The notes under the pieces: model-generated
What the model was told of the DNA's origin: nothing
What the model saw: only the letters and a program-made list of their open reading frames with translations
Database searches by the model: none
Translations under genes and position numbers: made by a program
In this document: positions 10,378 through 18,594 of the stretch, piece after piece
Numbering within the stretch: position 1 is the stretch's first letter
Layout: every line of letters starts with the position of its first letter
NCBI GenBank assembly: GCA_003144275.1
Contig: NJBF01000037.1
Coordinates: 6,818-38,817 of the forward strand
From: Candidatus Heimdallarchaeota archaeon B3_Heim
GTDB lineage: Archaea > Asgardarchaeota > Heimdallarchaeia > Hodarchaeales > Hodarchaeaceae
Direction of reading: 5' to 3'
DNA length: 32,000 nucleotides

Positions 10378-11064
10378 TCAGGTGGAAGTGGAGACTTTCA
10401 AAGCGCCATACCCTTGGATGGAAAATACAACTGCCATAATATAGACAATTATTTTCTGTCCCACGACTTGAATGAACAATCCTTCAGTTGTCTCTGCAGC
10501 AGGTCCAAAAAATAATAGAATGAGGTATAGAAAAGAAATGCCTGTAAATGTGAGTAATGTATTCAAATATACACGTGGATAGGTTGTTTGCCTATATAAG
10601 ACAAAAGAGTATATAGTTGAGGCAATGAATGTGAAAAAAAATCCAATCCTCACGGAAAGAAAGTGAGGTTCTAGTAATAGATCCCATGGGGTCAATCCCA
10701 CTCCAATAAAGCCAATAGCCGCGATAATGCCAAAAATTGATCCCACTTGGGATAATCGATAGGTTGAAGCGTCATCCTGGAACAGACTGATCCATGCAGA
10801 GTAAAATAATATCATTGCGATTCCAATGGTCAAAACAGAAGCTGTAAAGAGTATCCAGGCTATGGTATTCGCTTCACCAGAATGTGCCACTGTTCGCCCT
10901 AAATCGCTAAAGAAATTATTTAAAAATGAATAACCTGATGCATCAGGGTTTGTATATGTACCTCCCGTATATACAAGCATGGCTACAAGTGTTAAGACAA
11001 TATAGATACTTGCTCCAAGAAAAACAAGTATAAACGCGCCCCGTCTCCAATTTTGAAAATTCAT
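10378..11064 (-). CDS. DUF998-like multi-pass membrane protein
   Basis: Y-x-GGT...YSFLNNFFSDLG; GFIGVGLTP...H; six hydrophobic helices. Confidence 0.7.
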   Translation of the reverse strand: MNFQNWRRGAFILVFLGASIYIVLTLVAMLVYTGGTYTNPDASGYSFLNNFFSDLGRTVAHSGEANTIAWILFTASVLTIGIAMILFYSAWISLFQDDASTYRLSQVGSIFGIIAAIGFIGVGLTPWDLLLEPHFLSVRIGFFFTFIASTIYSFVLYRQTTYPRVYLNTLLTFTGISFLYLILLFFGPAAETTEGLFIQVVGQKIIVYIMAVVFSIQGYGALKVSTST

Positions 11065-11154
11065 ACTTACACACCTAATATATCTTGTGAGAAAAGAAAT
11101 TAACTTTATGGAATCATTGAACTCCCGCCTGCGATAAAAAACTTTCGAATTTAC

Positions 11155-11877
11155 TCATTCAGTTACTTCAGTTTCATATTCTTCGTGGGCGAATAGAAAA
11201 GTTTTCTCAATCAGAGTATAGAAAACAACTAAAATGATTCCAATGTCAAATAATATAAGGGCTGGTTCTACTAGATGGAAAATCATCATCAACATAATTA
11301 CGTAAACATGATCATGTGAAACAGGTTGTGCTTCCTCAAATAACCAGCTAGAGTATATAGATATAACACTAAGGAAACCAAGAAATCCTAGTGCAATAGC
11401 AACTAGAAACCACACATTAAAACCCATTAATTCTGTTTTTGTGATTGTTATGTTAAAACCTATTGCCATCCACAAGAAAGTACCTTTTCCCCCTTCTAGG
11501 ACGAAATCTAACCATTCACCTGTCGTACTACTTATTCCTCTATTCCGTGCAAGTTGACCATCTACACAATCCATGATTGCTGAAACCCAGTAAATGAAAC
11601 TTGCTAGTAGCAACCAGACAAAATCGTCTCCTGACAAAGCTAAAATCAAAGCACTGAGTACTGCAAGAAGAAAACCAAACCACGTAATTCGATTTGGTGT
11701 TATGAAAGAAAGTGGATCAATGACTTTTACAATCTGGTTTGAAATATTGCGATGAAACCGAAGTGTAAATCCTTCTTTCTTGAACGCATACTGCCCCCCT
11801 TTCTCTTCATTCGGCTTCCCTCCGATTAGTTTGGAACTTAAGTTTCTTAGACTATAATCTGTCTTTTTTTTCCCCAT
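11155..11877 (-). CDS. CDP-alcohol phosphatidyltransferase family protein
   Basis: ITPNRIT; DCVDGQLAR-x8-GEWLD-x3-E signature. Confidence 0.9.
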   Translation of the reverse strand: MGKKKTDYSLRNLSSKLIGGKPNEEKGGQYAFKKEGFTLRFHRNISNQIVKVIDPLSFITPNRITWFGFLLAVLSALILALSGDDFVWLLLASFIYWVSAIMDCVDGQLARNRGISSTTGEWLDFVLEGGKGTFLWMAIGFNITITKTELMGFNVWFLVAIALGFLGFLSVISIYSSWLFEEAQPVSHDHVYVIMLMMIFHLVEPALILFDIGIILVVFYTLIEKTFLFAHEEYETEVTE

Positions 11878-12137
11878 AGTATTTTCCTTCTAGAGAATTC
11901 AGATTTAAATTTGGTATCCATGACAGTAAATAGTGGAAATTTTCAGATTTTTTGGATATTAATGTAACAGAAGCCTCCATATGGCCCTTTATTAAGATTT
12001 ACTATGATAATTTCCTATTTCAAAGTTACAACGGGCATACTTGGCGTGTTTAACCTGAATAAATTCTCTTTTAAATAATCATTTCTTATGGTCACTCAAT
12101 ATAAGCAAGGGATTTTGAAATTAATGAATTTCTCTCC

Positions 12138-12864
12138 TTATTTCAGTGAATTTTTTCTTGCTTTTATGAGATACCAAAATTGATTGGTAATTACTATCTC
12201 TGGAGTAAATCCCACTTTGGCTAATAACGTTGAAACTACGTCTGCTGTCCGATCGTTAGTAACACGGCGTTTACCGTAGGCTGTTTCAATAGCTTTACCG
12301 CTAGGTGTTATAACATGATCATTTTTGTCCGATAATTCCATAGTGTTCATATTCGCTGACCTCTCTCTCTTTCTCTTACAAACTTAAAAGGCGTCCCGCC
12401 CGTACTTCATCAACGCCGAGGTGATGACAAAAAAATTTACTTAGCTCCTAGGTCATATTCCCTTGTAACTTCGTTAGACGAGTTACCCGTCAAAGGCAAG
12501 AGAAGAATGATCCAGACTGGTCGAAAAGTATTGGTGTTTGGGATGTCGCCAGAAGATCTGATGCAAGTAGTCCCAATGGAAAGCAGTAATTCTCTTGTTG
12601 CTAACCTGCCGGATAGTGGATGTGTGACTCATCCTGTCCAGAACTATTTTTCAAATAGTTGTCTGACAAATTTAGTCATGGGGTTTCGCTTCATCAATTT
12701 CAGATTGGAGTTTATCGATAGCAGTTGCTTTTTTTTTCCCAATTTGGGCAATTATCCCCTCACCCCCCCCCAACATCCAGTATAGATCCACTAGGGATTT
12801 CTTGAACATTAATAGTTTGTCTAGGGTACTGAAAAAATTCTTCAAGATTACTTACGATCTTCAT
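12138..12864 (-). pseudogene. Class I SAM-dependent methyltransferase pseudogene (frameshift, element insertion, probable internal deletion)
   Basis: ATG 12864 MKIVSNLEEFFQYPRQTINVQEIPSGSILDVGGG; frameshift in G9 run (12763-12771); then EGIIAQIGKKKATAIDKLQSEIDEAKPH; element 12318-12676; then VITPSGKAIETAYGK...KVGF...FWYLIKARK. Confidence 0.8.
12318..12676. mobile_element. Non-autonomous element (MITE-like), copy 1, 359 bp
   Basis: CATG at 12314-12317 and 12677-12680; subterminal TTGTCCGATAA (12325-12335) and TTGTCTGACAA (12659-12669); inverted near-identical copy at 15352-15706; interrupts a gene. Confidence 0.9.
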
Positions 12865-13010
12865 AGGAATCAAATAACATTTTTTCTATGCTATTAATTA
12901 TTGGTGCGCATCTCAGACCAAAAAATCATGGACGAACGATTTCCATTATTAGACTCTATGTTATTAAAAAAGAAAAAAGAGGAGAAAATATCAAGTGGAG
13001 CCCAAAAAAT

Positions 13011-13214
13011 TTATTTTTCGGCTGCTAATTTGACATCATTCTCTTTTACGGTTTTTCGTCCATTGTGACGTGCAATTTCAACTGAATATTTGGCTAAGTT
13101 CATACCATAGTCAGTTAAGATCTCATTCAAGCGGTTAATTGCGCCAGCAGATACTCTAAAAGCGCCTGCGGTTCGAATGAGTTTTTCTACACGTGCTCGT
13201 GCAAATCCAGTCAT
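13011..13214 (-). CDS. Archaeal histone (HMf-like), 67 aa
   Basis: FARARVEKLIRTAGAFRVS...A...GRKTVKENDVKLA; ATG at 13214 after AAGGTGA RBS. Confidence 0.95.
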   Translation of the reverse strand: MTGFARARVEKLIRTAGAFRVSAGAINRLNEILTDYGMNLAKYSVEIARHNGRKTVKENDVKLAAEK

Positions 13215-13245
13215 ATTTTTCACCTTTTCTCAATATTAAGTTGTT

Positions 13246-13297
13246 CTGAGTCATTTAATAGACTCAGTGGTTACGAAAATCCTCTATATATTTATAA
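13246..13297 (-). promoter_or_regulatory. Histone promoter: TATA box plus 7-8-7 inverted repeat
   Basis: TTATAAATAT on minus strand (13288-13297); CTGAGTC-N8-GACTCAG at 13246-13267. Confidence 0.55.
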
Positions 13298-13559
13298 GTT
13301 TTATTCTACAACAATGCACGTTCTAGATATCTCGATGTTACTTTTTGCACTCGGATTGATTTAGCTAGCTATGGAAAATACTTTTTCACGATCTTCAAGC
13401 TGAACTAGATAATATATTATGTATTCACTGAGGATAGATACTCTATTCATAAATGATTTGAAAAAGACAATAATTTTACCTGATGCTTCTATCAGCCAAG
13501 GGAAATAGATCTGAAAATATAAACTCGCTATCTAGAAAAAAAGGGGGAAGTGAGAGTTT

Positions 13560-15781
13560 TTATACTCTCTTTCTTCTCGAGAGAATAGGAACTGAGATAA
13601 TGACTCCCATGATGCTGATAAACTCCCATCCAGGTGAGAGACTTGGAATGGTGTTATTATCAGTTGTCTCACCAGTGAATGACTCCATAAGCTCAAATTT
13701 GAAGATTGATATTTCAGAGCCATTAGTAGAAATGGAACCAGATATTAATTCAAGCTTTTCAAGTACACCAGTTTGTCTATTCCACTGAAATTCGAGAACT
13801 CCGTCATCAGAAGGTTGAGTTTCATTATAATTCCATGTTAGTCGATAATAATCACTTTCTTCAATTAAATAAGTATTATCGAACATTTTGAAGTTGGATA
13901 GATTTCCATAAATTGGGAGAAAAAGGAAGTTATTAATTCCGTTTCCTAGATAATCATCTGTATTTTTATGTATTTCAACTTCTATACCCCATTCAACAAA
14001 TTCAAACATTATCAGTTTGAGTTGATCTCCCTGAGCTAAAGATAGCGGGATATTTTCTTCTGTGTTTTTATTACGAAACCATTCTGTTAAATCAACTTCA
14101 GCTGATGCACCACTATATTCAGTCAAACTATAGATGAAAGTGTCACCAACTGAAATTGAAAAGTCCTCTTGAGTAAAGCTATCATCAGGTTTTTCATCGA
14201 TTTTTGGTGGATAAAATCCCTTTCTAATCCAAATATTATCCCAAAAAACTAAGGTTTCAGTGTTAATTTCTTGGTTATCAAAACCAAAGCCAATATTTCC
14301 ACATTTAAAGACGTTAAAATCATCATTTGTGAAAATTATATAGGATTCTAGCTCTTCTTCTTGAAGAAATACCTGAGTTATTTGTTTGTCACTTTCTACA
14401 GCAACCGCTATGATTAAACGCCCCCATGTTAGTTGTGATTCCATTGGCATGGAATAAAAAGTAGATTTTTCGCCTACCTCATTTTGAGCTCCAAACTCAA
14501 GAACATTTCTCTGATAGCTATAGCGAACATACTGAACGTCTGCACCACTGTTGAATCGCCATCCAAGTAACAATATATCTCCATTTGCAATGTGAATATC
14601 ATAATCAACCTCAATGGTGTAACTGTACAAGTCTTCATAAGTTTCCAAACCAGATGTTGTTAACCAACCACTTTCTGAAGAAACATTATTGAAATAATAT
14701 CCACGCAACCATTCATTCTCAATATCCCAATTTCCTTCTGGTCCTCCATACCAGACATAAGGATCAAGATTATAGCTGGAAAAGTCATCATAGTAAATAG
14801 TTTCATCAGTTGGGTGGTCTGGAGGCGTGTGATATCCTGTATATACACTAATATTGTCAAATCGTGCAGAAGAGTTATAATATAACCCAAAACCGATATC
14901 CTCTAAATTAGGAACATTCATCATCATACTTGAGATAACTGGTTCTCCATTTACCCAGAGATCAAGTTGTCCACCAGCTACAGCCATATGTACAACGGCC
15001 CATTTGTCCGTTGGAAATTGATAGTCAAAATCATATAAACTTCCATAAGAATCAATATAGTGAGAGTATCCCGATGTTGATCCTAATTCCATTACTGCAT
15101 ATCCAGAGTAATAGTTGAAAATGAAATGAAACTGTTCTTCTCCATACCCTGACAACAAATTTACATCAAAGATTACTGTATATTCACTCATATTGAAGAT
15201 CGTATCGTCTAATACTATATCATCCCACATTTCATTTGTACTAATGCCATTAAGACTATTATCAAGAAAATCACATGCACCGTTCATAACAGTCCAGTAT
15301 CCATTATCTACTTCAAAATCTTGGAAATATACAAGATCATCAGGAGCCATGACTAAATTTGTCAGACAACTATTTGAAAAATAGTTCTGGACAGGATGAG
15401 TCACACATCCACTATCCGGCAGGTTAGCAACAAGAGAATCATTGCTTTCCATTGGGATTACTTGCATCAGATCTTCTGGCGACATCCCAAACACCAATAC
15501 TTTTCGACCAGTCTGGGTCATTCTTCTCTTGCCTTTGACGGGTAACTCGTCTAACGAAGTTACAAGGGAATATGACCTAAAAGCTAAGTAAATTTTTTTG
15601 TCATCACCTCGGCGTTGATGAAGTACGGGCGGGACACCTTTTAAGTTTGTAAGGGAGAGAGAGGTCAGCGAATATGAGAAATATGAAATTGTCGGACAAA
15701 AATGATCATGGCTTGAGGAATAGTTGTTATTAACATCGGTAAAAAGAGAAGGATTAAAAGCATTTTTTTCTGATTTTTCAT
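13560..15781 (-). pseudogene. Secreted surface protein (two lectin/LamG-like beta-sandwich regions, C-terminal PGF-CTERM-like anchor) interrupted by element copy 2
   Basis: Signal peptide MKNQKKMLLILLFLPMLITTIPQAM from ATG 15781 (GGAGGA RBS) rejoins APDDLVYFQDF in frame when the element and one CATG are removed (620 aa); C-terminus PSLSPGWEFISIMGVIISVPILSRRKRV. Confidence 0.85.
15352..15706. mobile_element. Non-autonomous element (MITE-like), copy 2, 355 bp
   Basis: CATG at 15348-15351 and 15707-15710; TTGTCAGACAA (15359-15369) and TTGTCGGACAA (15689-15699), each 7 bp inside an end; about 12 substitutions and a 4-bp indel versus copy 1 by manual comparison. Confidence 0.92.
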
Positions 15782-15940
15782 TTTTTTGAGATCCTCCTTC
15801 TGAAAATTATATAATAATAGAACCTTCTTCATACAAAAGTACCTAGTGAATTTACTCGTTTGTAAGGCTATTAAAATTTGTAAATGGTCAGTATGATCAA
15901 TTCGAAAGATAGTTGAAACACATAAAATCGAGAAAGAGAT

Positions 15941-16591
15941 ATGCAAATTTACTTGATTAGACACGGAGAAAGTACAGGTAACAAAGAAAAAGCTTTTCAG
16001 GGATGGAATAACGTTCATTTAAGTGAACAGGGAAAAATCCAGGCTAAAAAATTGGCTGATTATCTTTTCGGGGAAAAAATTAACCTAAGGATAATATTTT
16101 CTAGCCCTCTCATTCGAGCAATGGAAACTGCAGAACCATTAACGATTTGTTCAACTAGTCCTGATATAATTACAGTTGATGGATTTAAATCGATTAATGT
16201 CGGTGAATGGGGAGGAATTTTGATATCAAGGGTGAAAGAGGATTTTCCAAAGGAGTACAATATTTGGAAGCATTCACCAACAAAATTCCGTTTTCCGAAA
16301 GGGGAATCCTTAACTGATGTTCACAACCGCTCCCAAGCTTCTCTTATACATATCTTGCATAAATATATTGATTTTGGTGGAAATATCGCAATAGTTTCAC
16401 ATATGATTACTATCAAAGCGTTAGCATTGTGGATGCTTGGGAAAAATCTAGGAAACATCTGGAAAAAAGAATATACAGTGCCTAATACTGGTATAATGGT
16501 TTTTAAAGTGGAAAAGGAAGAATCGACCGATTTCAGTTTCCAGCGCGTTGAAATAAATAATCCTATACCACATTTAGAGTCTACAATCTAG
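15941..16591 (+). CDS. Histidine phosphatase family protein (PGAM/CobC-like)
   Basis: IYLIRHGES; FQGW; SSPLIRAMETA; PKGES; IVSH. Confidence 0.92.
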   Translation: MQIYLIRHGESTGNKEKAFQGWNNVHLSEQGKIQAKKLADYLFGEKINLRIIFSSPLIRAMETAEPLTICSTSPDIITVDGFKSINVGEWGGILISRVKEDFPKEYNIWKHSPTKFRFPKGESLTDVHNRSQASLIHILHKYIDFGGNIAIVSHMITIKALALWMLGKNLGNIWKKEYTVPNTGIMVFKVEKEESTDFSFQRVEINNPIPHLESTI

Positions 16592-17202
16592 GAAGAGAGA
16601 GATTTCTTCCCACAATGCGTACAGAAGATACTACCTGCCTCTAATTGCCTTCCACAAGATGGACATTGTGAACCAGATATCGGATCTGATAATGTTTGCT
16701 TATTCAAAGTCTTATCAACATTCTCAGGTGGATAATAACGTTCTTTATACTCTGAAGTTGATCTTTCTTCAATTAATGCACCTAAGGTTCCCGCAATTAG
16801 AAAAAATCCATAAGCTGTAACAAGAGTGTATCCAAAGGATATTGTTGGTAAAAAAAGTCCAATTAAAATAACAAACGCCCCTATTCCTCCAATGAGCGTT
16901 ATGACTGCCCCCTTTTGAGATTTATTAAGGATAAATGGACCTGGTTTGCTGGATGTTACAACTATTAATCCGTTTAGGACTCCTGTCACTAGAAAGAATG
17001 GAAAGGCTATTACGATTGCCAAACCAAAGTCTATATGTTGGGCAAAAATAGACAATAATATAGGAAAAACGCCAATTCCACCAATAAATGTGATCAGAGC
17101 TTCTTTGTAATTCTTCTTCAATCTGTACACCTCTTCGGAAGTAGGAATTATATTTGAGAGTACTGTTCTCGTGTTTATATGATTTTGAATAGAGGTATAC
17201 AT
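16588..17202 (-). CDS. Membrane protein with duplicated two-helix unit and C-terminal zinc ribbon
   Basis: ALITFIGGIG...FG...FFLVTG and AVITLIGGIG...FG...FFLIAG; CPSCG...FCTHCG. ATG 17202 after GGTGA preferred over TTG 17226. Confidence 0.8.
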   Translation of the reverse strand: MYTSIQNHINTRTVLSNIIPTSEEVYRLKKNYKEALITFIGGIGVFPILLSIFAQHIDFGLAIVIAFPFFLVTGVLNGLIVVTSSKPGPFILNKSQKGAVITLIGGIGAFVILIGLFLPTISFGYTLVTAYGFFLIAGTLGALIEERSTSEYKERYYPPENVDKTLNKQTLSDPISGSQCPSCGRQLEAGSIFCTHCGKKSLSS

Positions 17203-17241
17203 TCTCACCATCCTTAGCCTAATCAACTCACTAAGTTGTCC

Positions 17242-17943
17242 CTACTCTGGTGTTTTCCTTTTTATTTGTATTTTAGATATTTTCGTTTTGATTATTGTGG
17301 GAGGGACAGATTCTTCTTCCATTGGTCTTTTTTCTAGGATAGATTTTGGAGGTGTTTTACTCCTGATATCTTTTTTGTGCTTTTGTTTGAATCCTAGTGT
17401 GCTAGGGGGAGGTATAGTTGTTTTGTTGGGAATTTCTGCGGTGATGCGATGTGGAGGAGTCTTGTTTATTATCCGATTTCGTTTCTTTTCAGCAATACCT
17501 CTACGAGTTGGTGGGACATTTTTATGATCCTGGATTTTTTTTCTTCGTGGGGGGACTTTTCGATTTACTAGGCCTTTTTTACGTCTTGATTTTGGGAGGC
17601 TCCCTTTAGTAGATGGAGTTGCCAATTCTTTCCTACCGTGAGTCTGAGTAACAGGAGGAAGATTGTTCGTGCTAGGTATTTGCTTTTTTCTCTTTTCTTT
17701 TGTTCCATGACTGGTGGGATAGGTACCAGATTCTTTTTTTATTAGTCCATTCTCATTTTTTCGCGCAGGAGGTAGCTTAAATTGCTCTTTCAAATCATTA
17801 GGAGTTTTTTGTTGAATAGTAGCAACTTTTTCTTTCATTGGAGTTTTCTCTTTGATTGTATCCTTCGGCTTTTTTGATCGAACTTTGAATCGAGCCACTT
17901 TGTACATACCATCCTGCACTATTTTCAAAAATAACTTCTTCAA
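17242..17943 (-). CDS. Lys/Pro/Arg-rich low-complexity protein with repeated xPP motifs
   Basis: 233-aa open frame in an AT-rich genome, in operon orientation; eight [LVTI]PP motifs. Confidence 0.65.
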   Translation of the reverse strand: MKKLFLKIVQDGMYKVARFKVRSKKPKDTIKEKTPMKEKVATIQQKTPNDLKEQFKLPPARKNENGLIKKESGTYPTSHGTKEKRKKQIPSTNNLPPVTQTHGRKELATPSTKGSLPKSRRKKGLVNRKVPPRRKKIQDHKNVPPTRRGIAEKKRNRIINKTPPHRITAEIPNKTTIPPPSTLGFKQKHKKDIRSKTPPKSILEKRPMEEESVPPTIIKTKISKIQIKRKTPE

Positions 17944-17991
17944 TTAAATGTACATTATTCGATTTTTAACAATTTGGAAATTGCGTAAGGA

Positions 17992-18576
17992 TTATTTTCC
18001 CAGAATAAATCCAATTCCAGAGAAAACGAAAAAGAGACCGTATAATATTCCAAGAAAATCAGATGCAAATGCTCCAGCAATTAGAAATAGAATCCCGAAG
18101 ATAAGAAATGTGAAAATTGCCGTCCATTCGGCGGAAGGCCCCCTCTCAGACTGAGCAGTAATTCTAATGAATTGATAGCGAGTGAAACTTCTTATTAACA
18201 ACGCTGTTGAGACCACTAAATACGGAAAAGCAAGTAAGGAAGGGACTGCAATATGAAGTTCGATGAATTCATTTGAAGGCATCATATTAATTTCAAAGGA
18301 TAATAAAACTTCTTGAAAAATAGGAATAAAGGGACTAGTAAAGACAATTACTAGAGGAATGATATTTGCAAGGGATATAAAGTAGATTTCGTTTAAAGTG
18401 GCATGATGATCAACGTAGTAGAATATCCGTAGGAAGTACAATATAGTAATCGCGGTGTAAATGGATAAGAAAAGGATGTTAAGAGCTAATGTATCCTTAT
18501 TCTGTATAAAAAAGAAAATTGTAGCTGATACGCCAATGAGCATGATAAACCAAGCGATATTATGTCGTATAGCCAT
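17992..18576 (-). CDS. Multi-pass membrane protein in the ubiquitin cluster
   Basis: About 6 hydrophobic segments; 18 bp downstream of the RING gene. Confidence 0.8.
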   Translation of the reverse strand: MAIRHNIAWFIMLIGVSATIFFFIQNKDTLALNILFLSIYTAITILYFLRIFYYVDHHATLNEIYFISLANIIPLVIVFTSPFIPIFQEVLLSFEINMMPSNEFIELHIAVPSLLAFPYLVVSTALLIRSFTRYQFIRITAQSERGPSAEWTAIFTFLIFGILFLIAGAFASDFLGILYGLFFVFSGIGFILGK

Positions 18577-18594
18577 AAGTAATCAATAAACTCC

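Noticed and set aside
12507-12785. 92-aa plus-strand ORF as an independent gene
   Set aside because: It is the element's outward ORF running antisense into the methyltransferase remnant; the same 58 codons head the 13560-15521 ORF
13271-13279. TTACGAAAA near the histone promoter resembling the RHH-associated nonamers
   Set aside because: A single copy of such an AT-rich word is expected by chance in 32 kb
15352-15706. Element as an ISL3 transposase remnant (HHLGVDEV, TIRQVS...HWDYL in translations)
   Set aside because: The motifs are short, lie in different frames with several stops, and ISL3 typically makes ~8-bp duplications; not supportable without a search
15665-16018. 117-aa minus-strand ORF
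   Set aside because: Only its MKNQKK...PQAM part is meaningful (the stranded signal peptide); the rest is antisense to the phosphatase or element-derived
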